64,000 nt of DNA from an uncultured Candidatus Saccharibacteria bacterium (GTDB lineage Bacteria > Patescibacteriota > Minisyncoccia > Phycocordibacterales > UBA918). The notes beneath the pieces were generated by a model. That model did not search any database. It was not told where the DNA came from and saw nothing but the letters and a program-made list of their open reading frames with translations. Below are positions 20,215-30,138 of this stretch, in pieces. Positions within the stretch are counted from its first letter, which is position 1; the number at the start of each line of letters is the position of its first letter. The stretch is taken from the NCBI GenBank assembly GCA_964425625.1, contig CAYRMI010000002.1:62858-126857 (forward strand), given 5' to 3'. The position numbers and the translations under genes were made by a program.

Positions 20215-21648
20215 TTAACCAGCGACAAAAGTCAGAGCACCACCACGCTTGCTACCGCGACCAGTACGACCAATGCGGTGTACATAATCTTCATAGGTAT
20301 TCGGCAAGTCATAGTTAATGACATGAGAGACGTCGTCAACGTGGATACCACGAGCGGCTACATCGGTGGCAATCAGAGCTTGAATTTGACCGGCCTTGAA
20401 ACGCTGGAGGGCCCGTTGTCTTTGTCCGTGTGACTTATTGCCATGGATAGCATCGGCTTTGATACCGGCATGCACTAATTCCTGACTTAGTTTTTCCACA
20501 CTGTGCTTCATGGCACCAAAGATAATGACGCGAGTAAACTCAGGTTTCTTCAACATCGCTACCAAAGTATCAAACTTGTTATGGTGTTCATAGCGAACGA
20601 CATCTTGGGTGATAGTGTTGATGATGTCATTTTTCTTGATTGAGACTGTCACTGGTTTACGCAAAAATTCATGGATCAAGCCCTCGATAGATTTTGACAT
20701 AGTCGCCGAGAAGAAGAGAGTCTCCCGCTCATCTGGGACATCCTTAAGAATTTTCTTGATATCGTGAATAAATCCCATATCGAGCATACGGTCAGCTTCG
20801 TCCAAGATGATAGTAGTGATACCGCCTGGTTTGATATGGCCACGATCAAGTAAGTCCTGGACGCGACCTGGGGTACCAATAATGAAATGGTTTTTACGCT
20901 TTAGACCCATAATCTGAGGGCGGATATTCATCCCACCAACGCAAACAGTCGAATAAAGTTGCATCTTTGGAGTCAGACGACGAAACTCCTGTTCGACTTG
21001 GATCGCTAGCTCACGAGTTGGAGTAAGGATGAGGGTTTGTCTAGAAGGTTCGCGTAGAGTCTTGTGAATGGTTGGCAGTAAAAAAGCTGCGGTCTTACCG
21101 GTACCAGTTTGAGCTAGACCGACGACGTCATTTCCGTCCATGATATGGGGAATAACTTGGTCCTGAATCGCACTAGGAATAGTGATACCCATCGCTTCGA
21201 CTGATTCAACAATTCTTTGGTCTAGACCAAAATCCTTGAAGGTATGAGTAGCCGTATAAGGGGCTTCGGGCGAGAGTGGGGCCGGGTGTAGGTTGATAAA
21301 TTTAGAAACATCAAAGGTTTGTTGGACTCGTCGTCCACGACCACTACCACCGCGTCCACTGTTACTTCCGCCACGGTTATAACCACCGCGGTTACCACCA
21401 CTGGCAAAACTGCTACGAGGACTGCTACTTCGCTCGGTCCGGTTTGGGTAAATAAACTTACTACCAGTAGCGGTAGGGCGACTTGCGGTAGAACGAGGGC
21501 GAGCGGATGAACTACCAGTACCTCTCGTGTGAGAGGTAGAATGAGTACTTGAACCACTAGCAGAATGAGGGCGGGCACTACTAAAAGTGCGCCGAGGACG
21601 GTTACTAAAAGAGGTCGACCGACTAGGTCGGCTATCTGAACTATGCAT
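20215..21648 (-). CDS. DEAD-box RNA helicase with long Ser/Arg/Gly-rich N-terminal extension
   Basis: AQTGTGKT, PTRELA, GTPGR, LDEAD, SAT, HRIGRTGR. TTGACT-17-TATTAT promoter about 150 nt upstream. Confidence 0.95.
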   Translation of the reverse strand: MHSSDSRPSRSTSFSNRPRRTFSSARPHSASGSSTHSTSHTRGTGSSSARPRSTASRPTATGSKFIYPNRTERSSSPRSSFASGGNRGGYNRGGSNSGRGGSGRGRRVQQTFDVSKFINLHPAPLSPEAPYTATHTFKDFGLDQRIVESVEAMGITIPSAIQDQVIPHIMDGNDVVGLAQTGTGKTAAFLLPTIHKTLREPSRQTLILTPTRELAIQVEQEFRRLTPKMQLYSTVCVGGMNIRPQIMGLKRKNHFIIGTPGRVQDLLDRGHIKPGGITTIILDEADRMLDMGFIHDIKKILKDVPDERETLFFSATMSKSIEGLIHEFLRKPVTVSIKKNDIINTITQDVVRYEHHNKFDTLVAMLKKPEFTRVIIFGAMKHSVEKLSQELVHAGIKADAIHGNKSHGQRQRALQRFKAGQIQALIATDVAARGIHVDDVSHVINYDLPNTYEDYVHRIGRTGRGSKRGGALTFVAG

Positions 21649-21924
21649 TATATTTTTATTGTTTAAGAAATTGCTAGGCAATTTCAGGATTGTGCAGTAA
21701 GTAAATCCAAACAAGTCACAAACTTCCAATAAATGGGGGTGACGGCTATTGGCCGCTCAAGAGCCCTACACGAGATTCTCAAGGTGCTAAGATAATAGCA
21801 TTAATGTAGAGAATAGTCAACACAGACTTGCAAAAGTATTGACAAAGTACTATTGTGTGTTGGTCTGCCACAGGAGCAGACTCGGCCATCGGCCTCTCGA
21901 TGGTCGATACCAGGAGAGAGCACG

Positions 21925-22272
21925 ATGAAAAAAAGGAAGGGGTTAATCATAGCCCTATACGTAGCGGTACTATCCAGCCTAGCTTTGGCAGAGGAAGCAA
22001 CTCCATTGCCGATGGTTGAGGTTGGGCCAGGACTGACTTGTCTAAAACCACGCAAGTGGGAAGGAATCGATGTGTCGGGGCAGGCTGTTGGCTGTTCTGA
22101 TCTAGGCTTGGGGTTCGCCCTGGGTCTTAAAACATCGTTGCGGGTTGATACTGGATTGGCTCTAGCCCGCTGGGGTATGGGCCTGCGCTATCGCTACAGT
22201 GGCTCTGAGGAAGTTGAGGCAACTCGGCTCTCCAATGGGTCATTTTATGTCGTCTATCGGCGCAAGTTGTAA
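21925..22272 (+). CDS. exported hypothetical protein, beta-strand rich
   Basis: AGGAG SD 8 nt before ATG 21925; signal peptide ending SLALA; followed by the hairpin gtcaccat...atggtgac. Confidence 0.6.
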   Translation: MKKRKGLIIALYVAVLSSLALAEEATPLPMVEVGPGLTCLKPRKWEGIDVSGQAVGCSDLGLGFALGLKTSLRVDTGLALARWGMGLRYRYSGSEEVEATRLSNGSFYVVYRRKL

Positions 22273-22386
22273 AGACGAAGTCACCATGAAGTTCTGATGG
22301 TGACGGCCTCGCTTTTTTGGCGGGGTCTTTTTTATTGTCTATTTTATCGCAAAGAAAAAGCGAAGGACGTACTGACGAAGATTTTG

Positions 22387-22405
22387 AAGAAGGTCGAACC
22401 TTCTT
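22387..22405. repeat. REP-like palindrome, aaggtcgaacctt family
   Basis: aagaaggtcgaaccttctt shares its core with the copies at 28141 and 37281. Confidence 0.55.
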
Positions 22406-22503
22406 TATCAATCTGGTAAATAGTCAAATTATGGATAAAGTTATACGGGCAATCAATTTAAGTGATAGTATTATCGTAATTAGATAAATTTCTATTTTAT
22501 ACT

Positions 22504-23871
22504 ATGAATTTTGAAAAACCTGGATACGGAAACAGATTTGATGGGAATCATGAACCTCGTCCAGTCGAGGGTGAGGAGGTTCCGGGGGCAGATTATTTTA
22601 ATTCATCGTCTGGTGGTTTTGCGAACGATAAATTTTATTCCCAAGCTACCAATTATGCCGAAAAGATGGATCGAGAAAAACTCGAGCAGTTAGAGACGTT
22701 ACGACAGCTCTATGCAGCTCCGTTTCCGGTCAAACAACTCAATGTTGAAACACTGGCGGGGGCCGAGTACAGTAAAGAAAAAGAACAAGAAGATAGAGGG
22801 TATCTAGAAGCGTGGCGGTCGTATCACGAAGGGAAGAATAAATGGCTTGCGGATGAGCTGCGAGTTCAAAAAGATGAGAGAAGGAAGCTGGCCCAAACCT
22901 ACGATGAGCGGCAGGTGATTGATGATTGGTATTTTGCTGAGACACAGCGGCTATTTGTTGAACAACAATCTACCTTCACTCAGTATATGGAGAGGCTAAA
23001 TCAAATAAACCAAGGGGTATATCGTTATCGTACGTCGGCGTTTACTGGCTCTGCTTATTCGGGTACTTCCCAAGGAAGTCCGTTTGGTGAGAGGGTAGAG
23101 CCGAATTCTAATATTCAAGAGGAAACCGTCACCCCGGAAGAAAGACCTGCTCCGGCAATAGATATTGAAGCTTTACTGGCCGCGGCACGCAAGGAAGCTG
23201 AAGAGAGAGAAGCGGCCCAGCAGGAAAGGATACGAAAATTGAAAGAGAAAGAAGAAAGAGAGGCTAGAGAACATCAAGAACGCATGCGGCAAAGGCAAGA
23301 ACGTCATGATCGGGTGATGAATATCTTGTCCGAAATTAAAAATAAAATGCTTCGTTCGCTGGCGGGTCTTACTCAGGCGACGCCGGCCGATGAATGGTTT
23401 TATAAAAAGTGCCAAGAGTTGCAAGATGGCTATAGTTCACCAGATCAGTTAGATGAATTTTATACAGGGGTAGAGAAGGCAATGTTTGAATATGAAGAGA
23501 TGAAGGCAGCAGAAACTTTTCAAGAACCACCGCATAGAGAAGCCGAAAACGTAAACGAGAGAGAGTCAACGATTGATGCTTCGCAGGCAGAGCTTTTAGC
23601 GACGTTCGGCTTAACATCGGCAGAGTATGATGTGGTGATGAGTGATAAAGGGGTAGACATCTCTCCGGAACTGCTGAGGTCGTTAGTGTTGAGGATAATG
23701 AAGGTTGAAAATCCGCATGATACAGAAGCAGTAAAGAAATCATTCAGAAGGTTGGCAATGGATTGGCATCCGGATCGAAGCAGTGATAAGTACAAACTAT
23801 TTAATGCGCAAAAGTTTGCTGTTCTGAATGCTTTTTATAACAACATCTATCGACCGCGTTTTAACATATAA
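22504..23871 (+). CDS. coiled-coil protein with C-terminal J-domain
   Basis: AVKKSFRRLAMDWHPDR...KFAVLNAFY (HPD motif) at the C-terminus; E/R/Q-rich middle region. Confidence 0.75.
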   Translation: MNFEKPGYGNRFDGNHEPRPVEGEEVPGADYFNSSSGGFANDKFYSQATNYAEKMDREKLEQLETLRQLYAAPFPVKQLNVETLAGAEYSKEKEQEDRGYLEAWRSYHEGKNKWLADELRVQKDERRKLAQTYDERQVIDDWYFAETQRLFVEQQSTFTQYMERLNQINQGVYRYRTSAFTGSAYSGTSQGSPFGERVEPNSNIQEETVTPEERPAPAIDIEALLAAARKEAEEREAAQQERIRKLKEKEEREAREHQERMRQRQERHDRVMNILSEIKNKMLRSLAGLTQATPADEWFYKKCQELQDGYSSPDQLDEFYTGVEKAMFEYEEMKAAETFQEPPHREAENVNERESTIDASQAELLATFGLTSAEYDVVMSDKGVDISPELLRSLVLRIMKVENPHDTEAVKKSFRRLAMDWHPDRSSDKYKLFNAQKFAVLNAFYNNIYRPRFNI

Positions 23872-23880
23872 GGTATAAAG

Positions 23881-23914
23881 AAACCCGCCAAGACGAGTTT
23901 CTCGTTGGCGGGTT
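23881..23914. terminator. bidirectional terminator
   Basis: aacccgccaa...ttggcgggtt between convergent genes. Confidence 0.65.
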
Positions 23915-23916
23915 GT

Positions 23917-24771
23917 TTATTCATTGAACGCATCTGCACTTCTTTCGGCAAAGTACATCATACCTTGCTGGCCCGTGAAGACCGAGATAGGTGACTTATT
24001 GCCAAAAAAAGCATTTGCGTCCTGTGATTTTAGGAAACTACCAACTATCTTGCAGTAAACCGCTTGTAGCTCGAGTGGTATTTCTGCTTTATGCGCGCGA
24101 AGCCTCGTTCCTGCTTCTTCAAGTGACGGCCTCTTTCTCCGGGCTAATTGTTTCAGAATACCTCGAGTCAAGTAAGGTCCGACCGCGAGTCCGTAGATAG
24201 TCGCTAGAAATTGTGAGTTGCAAATGCTATCACACAACTCATCGCGAAAATCATGTACTTGGCCCTGGACGCGCAAAATGAAGAATTCAGCCAGGGTGAT
24301 GGATGCATCTATCTTTTTTCTTTGGTTGATTTCTTCCTCGAGGACCTCCAAGGCATCGTTTGTTGATAGGTGAAGTTTTTCCGCCTTCTCCACCAGGAGA
24401 TCGACTAAGTCTAAATCGCCCTTTCGTCGTGGCAAGAACTCAACTGTCGGTAACTGACTAAGCTTGCGTAGTTCAAGTACTCCTTCTCGCAAAATCCGCG
24501 ACAGTGGTTCTCTCTTTACTTCCCAAACAGCGTCACCGGGGTGGCTACTTAGGTAATAGGAAATTATGCTGTCGATGAGACGTACGGCATAACTATAACT
24601 CTCCTTCCGCGCCGAAGCGCGGAAGAATCGTTCGACTGTCTTTAGCGTGAGGTCTACACCTTCTTGCTTTAGACGCTCGACATCTCCCTCAACCAGCACT
24701 CCTTCGCTTAAACCGCGCAAGAGTACTTGTTGGAAAGGAGAGAGCTTAGGGTAGGTTTTCACCATTTCCAT
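23917..24771 (-). CDS. hypothetical protein, candidate AtcC-like partner of the short J-domain protein
   Basis: AAGGAG SD before MEMVK (24771); last gene of a three-gene run. The family call rests on synteny. Confidence 0.5.
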   Translation of the reverse strand: MEMVKTYPKLSPFQQVLLRGLSEGVLVEGDVERLKQEGVDLTLKTVERFFRASARKESYSYAVRLIDSIISYYLSSHPGDAVWEVKREPLSRILREGVLELRKLSQLPTVEFLPRRKGDLDLVDLLVEKAEKLHLSTNDALEVLEEEINQRKKIDASITLAEFFILRVQGQVHDFRDELCDSICNSQFLATIYGLAVGPYLTRGILKQLARRKRPSLEEAGTRLRAHKAEIPLELQAVYCKIVGSFLKSQDANAFFGNKSPISVFTGQQGMMYFAERSADAFNE

Positions 24772-24799
24772 GACTAGCTCCTTTCCAAGATTGAGGATT

Positions 24800-25480
24800 T
24801 CAGGCGAACGGATCGTCAGTCGGGGAGAGCTCATCAACAAACCGTTGGCGTGCAGTCCGGCGGAGCTCTTCTTCAATATCAGTCCCGCTCCGCTTGGCCG
24901 AAATCACCAGCTCACTGACCTTATGGAAGGTCTGTGGCGCGTTGATGCGCAAAGACCAGGTGAGCTCCTGCCAGTTGCCGACTTCGATAGTCGCTTCCGT
25001 GACCGCTGGACCGTCCTCCGTAAACCTGCCATGGCGCACGTAAGACGAGAACTGAACCGGCGGAAAGACGGAGGCGAGCGCCAAGAGACCAATCGGGCTC
25101 TTCCCGAGTTCGCGGAAGTACTTCCCGCGTGCCCTGGATTCCAGCTGGAGAATGACGCCACAGATTACTTCACAGATGGTGCTGGCGCTACCTTCCGGTC
25201 GCTTACCGTCGTCAACCAGAGGCAGGCGCTCAACCGCTTCGAGCAATTGGCGGGGAGTCAGCAAGGCACCGACTATGCCGGGCTTGCTGTAGTCAAAGCC
25301 GCGAACGATGTCCGCGACGACCAGTGCCGGGAGCTTGGCCACGACGAGCGCAGCTACCGAATCACCGTTGGCGTCGGCGATGCTCTGCACGGCCTGGTCG
25401 GCAGCGAGGGCACCGTTTTGACGCAGAATGGCGACGATGGCGGTTGGCTGTTGGTCAGCCGGAATGAGGTTGAGGTTCAT
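24800..25480 (-). CDS. hypothetical protein, candidate AtcA-like; GC-rich
   Basis: AGGAG SD before MNLNL (25480); lies immediately after the AtcJ-like gene; GD...DYSK..IV..LLTP and GNWQELTW segments look conserved. Confidence 0.5.
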   Translation of the reverse strand: MNLNLIPADQQPTAIVAILRQNGALAADQAVQSIADANGDSVAALVVAKLPALVVADIVRGFDYSKPGIVGALLTPRQLLEAVERLPLVDDGKRPEGSASTICEVICGVILQLESRARGKYFRELGKSPIGLLALASVFPPVQFSSYVRHGRFTEDGPAVTEATIEVGNWQELTWSLRINAPQTFHKVSELVISAKRSGTDIEEELRRTARQRFVDELSPTDDPFA

Positions 25481-25491
25481 TTGTTTCTCTC

Positions 25492-25782
25492 CTAATTGTT
25501 GAGTTGGGTGAGGGTGGACTGGATGAAGTCCTCCCACGCAGTTTGGGCTGCGAGGGTAGGTCTCTCGACTAACTCTGTCAGCACGCGATGATCATACGCC
25601 GCTCGCTTTTCAGAGTCACTTAGTGTTTCATAGGCCTCCTTTGCCTGTTGAAATATTTGCGTGAGCTTGGTGTCATTGTCGTTACGATCCGGATGGGTTC
25701 GCATGGCAATGACACGAAAGCGGTCAGTGATCTCCTTAGTGGTCGCCGAAGGCAACACACCAAGGATGTTGTAGTAGTCCAT
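25492..25782 (-). CDS. short J-domain protein with C-terminal PX7W motif (AtcJ-like)
   Basis: DYYNILGV...THPDR...EAYETLSD..KRAAYD followed by P-TLAAQTA-W. Confidence 0.8.
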   Translation of the reverse strand: MDYYNILGVLPSATTKEITDRFRVIAMRTHPDRNDNDTKLTQIFQQAKEAYETLSDSEKRAAYDHRVLTELVERPTLAAQTAWEDFIQSTLTQLNN

Positions 25783-25816
25783 TTGTAGTTTCCTTTATCA
25801 AGGTCCATCTTTTTTT

Positions 25817-25844
25817 AGTATAGCATAAAAGAATTAAAAGTCAA
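25817..25844 (-). promoter_or_regulatory. sigma70 promoter of the J-domain operon
   Basis: TTGACT-16 nt-TATACT with extended -10 (TGC). Confidence 0.65.
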
Positions 25845-25954
25845 TAGCTTGGCTTAAAATATGGCTAAAATAGTGGATAGGGTGGTTTTATTATTGGGTG
25901 ACCTGTGTTATTATGCCGGCGCTAGAGCGCTCTGTGCGTTCTGGGTAGATTTGT

Positions 25955-26725
25955 ATGTTTTCCTTGATTAACACAGCGTACGCAGCGGAAGGCGGTATTC
26001 ACGTCGCTCTTAAACCGTATATTGTAGGTGAGTTTTTTGGTATACCAATTACAGCCACTCTACTCACTACTTGGCTTACTATGGCCGTTCTTATCATTAT
26101 GGCGATTGTTGTCCGCCGTCAGCTTTCCGCTATTCCCGGTAAGCTCCAGAGTATGGCGGAGATGCTCATCGGTGGAGTGTTTGATTATATGAGTGATGTA
26201 CTGGAGAGTCGCCCCATGGCCATGAAGTACTTTGGCGTGGTAATGACAATTTTTATCTTTGTCCTGACGCTCAACTGGATTGGACTATTACCGGGAGTGA
26301 CCTCAATCGGCTATACGCACGACGGACACTTTATTCCTTTCTTATATCCAGCTGCCACCGATCTCAATTTGACCCTGGCTTTTGCCTTGATTGCTTTTGT
26401 GACCATTGAGATGGCTGGTTTTGTGACACTAGGCTTCTTTAAGTACGCCGGTAAGTTTATCAATTTTTCTTCACCCTTGGCTTTCATCATTGGCCTCATT
26501 GAACTCATCTCTGAGCTGGCTCGTCTAATTTCGTTCTCCTTCCGTCTTTTCGGTAACATTTTCGCCGGCAAGACTTTGCTAGTGGTGATTATGTTCTTTA
26601 TCCCGTATATCGTGCCGGTGCCACTAATCGCCTTTGAGGTGTTTGTTGGTTTTATTCAGGCTTTTATCTTTGCCATTTTGACCTTGTTCTTTATTAAGTT
26701 GGCAGCCGCCGAGCCCCAACACTAG
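25955..26725 (+). CDS. atpB: ATP synthase F0 subunit a
   Basis: ISFSFRLFGNIFAG, FIQAFIF. Confidence 0.95.
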   Translation: MFSLINTAYAAEGGIHVALKPYIVGEFFGIPITATLLTTWLTMAVLIIMAIVVRRQLSAIPGKLQSMAEMLIGGVFDYMSDVLESRPMAMKYFGVVMTIFIFVLTLNWIGLLPGVTSIGYTHDGHFIPFLYPAATDLNLTLAFALIAFVTIEMAGFVTLGFFKYAGKFINFSSPLAFIIGLIELISELARLISFSFRLFGNIFAGKTLLVVIMFFIPYIVPVPLIAFEVFVGFIQAFIFAILTLFFIKLAAAEPQH

Positions 26726-26821
26726 TGGATAATCACGAGTCTCGCGTTAAAACAAATTGGGCGTGACTCGTACTTGTTCAGTAGCAAAGAGAGGTTCAAT
26801 TAATTATCAATTAAAATTTAA

Positions 26822-27086
<265 letters not shown>

Positions 27087-27088
<2 letters not shown>

Positions 27089-27208
27089 TTATTTTAATTT
27101 CACGTCATTGACTTTGTCGTGATGCGAAAAATATAACTCACCGTACGCTTGTACGACTCGTCATATTTTTCTTTCACTCCTCGTCACTAACGTAAAATAA
27201 AAATAATT
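27087..27208. repeat. ~122-bp imperfect palindrome (cgtac-loop-gtacg family), copy 1
   Basis: Arms aattatttt/aaaataatt and gaaaaatat/atatttttc; centre cgtac-gctt-gtacg. Confidence 0.7.
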
Positions 27209-27281
27209 CATTACACGACTTTACTTGAAGAAAGTCTCAAATCAGAAGCCACTCTTAATTACTAACCCTTTTTAACTCACT

Positions 27282-27731
27282 ATGGACGAAATCATCAACG
27301 CCTTTGGCATCGACGCAAGACTCATCATCATTCAAATAGTAAACTTTACTATCCTGATGGCGGCCTTGGGGTATTTCTTGTACCGACCGATCCTTAAGCT
27401 CCTTAAAGAGCGCGAGGAGAAGATCGCGCAAGGTATCAAAGACGCCGAGCTAGCCGCCGAAGCCAAGGCGCAAGCTGATAGTGAGAAGCAGGTAGTATTA
27501 AGTGCGGCCCATGGTGAGGCTTCAGCTATTGCTTCCCGTGCCAAAGTAGCGGCTGAAGGGAAGTCCGCTGATATTTTGGCTGCGGCGCAAGAGAAAGCCG
27601 CCCAAGTAGTTAAGGACGCCGAAGCCAAGAGCGAGCAACTAAAGAAGCAAGCTTTGGCTGATAGTGAAAAGGAGGTCGCTCAACTAGCCATCTTGGCGGC
27701 GGAGAAGTTGCTCAGAGAAAAAGTTGGCTAA
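27282..27731 (+). CDS. atpF: ATP synthase F0 subunit b
   Basis: QIVNFTIL...YRPILKLLKEREEKI; Ala-rich coiled coil. Confidence 0.93.
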   Translation: MDEIINAFGIDARLIIIQIVNFTILMAALGYFLYRPILKLLKEREEKIAQGIKDAELAAEAKAQADSEKQVVLSAAHGEASAIASRAKVAAEGKSADILAAAQEKAAQVVKDAEAKSEQLKKQALADSEKEVAQLAILAAEKLLREKVG

Positions 27732-27737
27732 TCAAAT

Positions 27738-28124
27738 ATGAAAAACGCTTACGTTACAGCCTTAACCAACAGCCTACTTTCTGGCCTTAGTCCCGAAGAA
27801 GCTTTGTTAAACACCAAAGCGTTATTGGCTCGCAAGGGTCACCTACGTCTTTGGCCACAGATACTGCGAGCCACTAAGCGCGTATTAGAAGCCAAGCTCA
27901 AATCACACGTTCCGCAAGTCACGGTAGCCCAAAGTGGAACTATCGCTGAAAGTAAGATTAAGTCGGCTCTAGCGGAGATTGGCGTAGCTGAAACTGAGTC
28001 TTATACTGAAGTTGTTGATACTACTTTAGTTGGTGGGTTTACCGCTCGCTTCAAAGGAAAACTAATTGATCAAAGCTACAAACGTGCCTTGGTTAATTTG
28101 TATCTTAATATCACCAAGTCCTAA
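27738..28124 (+). CDS. atpH: ATP synthase F1 subunit delta (short form)
   Basis: Between atpF and atpA; VDTTLVGGF......IDQSY. Confidence 0.85.
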   Translation: MKNAYVTALTNSLLSGLSPEEALLNTKALLARKGHLRLWPQILRATKRVLEAKLKSHVPQVTVAQSGTIAESKIKSALAEIGVAETESYTEVVDTTLVGGFTARFKGKLIDQSYKRALVNLYLNITKS

Positions 28125-28140
28125 CCCTAATAAAATAAAG

Positions 28141-28165
28141 TTGAGTAAGGTCGAACCTTACTCAA
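28141..28165. repeat. REP-like palindrome
   Basis: ttgagtaaggtcgaaccttactcaa, identical to 37281-37305. Confidence 0.75.
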
Positions 28166-28235
28166 AACCTCCCTCAGAAATCTCGCTTTTTATTAACCAA
28201 AATTATCAACCAAAATCACTAATTAAAAAATTATC

Positions 28236-29810
28236 ATGAGTACCCCAATCATTGACCGCATTAAAAAAGAAATCGAAGCCCTCGATGTAACTACTAAGCC
28301 TGAAGAGGTTGGTGTAGTTATCTCGGTGGGTGATGGTATTGCCGAAATCGAAGGCTTGCTAAAAGCCCAGATGATGGAAATGGTCATTTTCGAAACCAGT
28401 AGCGGTAAGTCTTTGGGCGATACCCTCAAGCAAGATGGGTCTCTCTTTGGACTGGTGCTAAACCTCGAGGAAGACACGGTCAAGGTGGTGATTTTGGGTG
28501 AAAGTAATTTGGTGAAAGAGGGGATGCAAGTGCGTCGCACCGGTCAGCTTCTCTCGGTACCAGTTGGTCCGGCTATTGTGGGGCGAGTGGTCAATGCACT
28601 AGGTGAAGCGATTGATGGTAAGGGGGTGATTGCAACCGATAAGAACATGCCGATTGAGCGTGTGGCTTACGGTGTAATGGATCGTTCGTCAGTGAACGAA
28701 CCAATTCACACTGGTATCAAGGCAATTGATTCAATGATTCCGATTGGTCGTGGTCAGCGCGAACTGATCATTGGTGATAGAGGTACCGGTAAGACCACGA
28801 TTGCGATTGATACCATTATCAATCAAAAGTATGAACCAAAAGAAAAACGCCCAATTTGTATTTATGTCGCCATTGGTCAAAAGCGTTCCAAGACCGCTAG
28901 TATCATGGCCAAGTTAGAGGAGGCCGGCGCGCTAGAGTACACGACTATCGTGGCTTCTTCCGCGGCTGAGGCTTCGCCGATGCTTTTCTTGGCTCCTTTT
29001 ACCGGAGCAGCTATCGGAGAGTATTTCATGCAACAAGGTAAGGACGTGGTGATTGTCTTTGATGACCTTAGCAAGCATGCGGTGGCTTATCGCCAGATGT
29101 CACTTTTGCTCCGTCGCCCACCAGGACGTGAGGCTTATCCCGGTGATATTTTCTACCTTCATTCACGTCTCCTCGAGCGTTCCGCCAAGCTTAGTAAGGA
29201 GCTGGGGGGAGGGTCTATTACCGCTTTGCCGATTATTGAAACCCAAGAAGGTGACGTGTCAGCCTATATTCCTACTAACGTGATTTCTATTACCGACGGA
29301 CAGATTTTCCTTGAGGGTGATTTGTTCAACAAGGGAATCCGTCCAGCCTTAAACGTCGGTATTTCAGTGTCACGTGTAGGGTCTTCGGCACAGACAAAAG
29401 CGATGAAGAAAGTATCAGGCAAGATTCGTCTTGAGCTAGCCCAGTTCCGTGAACTAGAAGCTTTTATGCAGTTTGCTTCAGACCTCGATGAAGACACTAA
29501 GAGTCGTATCGATAGTGGTCGCAAGTACGTCGAGCTTCTTAAGCAAAAGCAAAACAACCCAATGCCATTCCAGAAGCAAGTAGTATCTATCTATGGAGCC
29601 AACAACGGTCTCTTTGATGGAGCGATTTACCAAATGGTAAGTAAGACCGAAGATTCCTTCCACGAATTTATCGAACGAGATCGCAAGGATATTTTGACCA
29701 CCATCGAAACCGGCCGAGAACTAACCGATGAAGTAGTAGAGAAACTAAATAAAGCGATTGCTGACTTCAAGGAAGCGCATGCTGAACTCTATACGGCGAT
29801 CGTAAAATAG
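28236..29810 (+). CDS. atpA: ATP synthase F1 subunit alpha
   Basis: [29 protein letters not shown]. Confidence 0.97.
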   Translation: MSTPIIDRIKKEIEALDVTTKPEEVGVVISVGDGIAEIEGLLKAQMMEMVIFETSSGKSLGDTLKQDGSLFGLVLNLEEDTVKVVILGESNLVKEGMQVRRTGQLLSVPVGPAIVGRVVNALGEAIDGKGVIATDKNMPIERVAYGVMDRSSVNEPIHTGIKAIDSMIPIGRGQRELIIGDRGTGKTTIAIDTIINQKYEPKEKRPICIYVAIGQKRSKTASIMAKLEEAGALEYTTIVASSAAEASPMLFLAPFTGAAIGEYFMQQGKDVVIVFDDLSKHAVAYRQMSLLLRRPPGREAYPGDIFYLHSRLLERSAKLSKELGGGSITALPIIETQEGDVSAYIPTNVISITDGQIFLEGDLFNKGIRPALNVGISVSRVGSSAQTKAMKKVSGKIRLELAQFRELEAFMQFASDLDEDTKSRIDSGRKYVELLKQKQNNPMPFQKQVVSIYGANNGLFDGAIYQMVSKTEDSFHEFIERDRKDILTTIETGRELTDEVVEKLNKAIADFKEAHAELYTAIVK

Positions 29811-29846
29811 CATTCAAAAAGTTGATGCAAAAGTTCTTCAAAAATC

Positions 29847-30137
29847 ATGAATCCACTCACACAAAAATTACAAAAAATCCTACTCTATACTTTGGTAGCC
29901 TTTGTCTTTTTGTTTGCCGTTCTGTATGTGATGAGTAATGTTTTTGGTTTGAGTTGGAATTTTCCTTGCGGTCCAGGTTCAAGACCTTGTTCATATCCGA
30001 CCTATCAGTACATTGATTTGTATGAAATAGGTTACATTGTTTTAGGTATAGGAATAGGCTTTTTGCTACTTCTTCAGCTAACTGTGTATCTAGCGAGTGT
30101 GTTAAAAAAGATTACTTCTCCAATTATAAAAAAATAG
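29847..30137 (+). CDS. hypothetical two-TM protein inserted in the atp operon
   Basis: Two hydrophobic segments flanking a C-x6-C loop; ends 1 nt before atpG. Confidence 0.65.
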   Translation: MNPLTQKLQKILLYTLVAFVFLFAVLYVMSNVFGLSWNFPCGPGSRPCSYPTYQYIDLYEIGYIVLGIGIGFLLLLQLTVYLASVLKKITSPIIKK

Positions 30138-30138
30138 C

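Noticed and set aside
24770-25495. 241-aa plus-strand ORF
   Set aside because: Antisense shadow of the GC-rich minus-strand gene, which has an SD and operon context.
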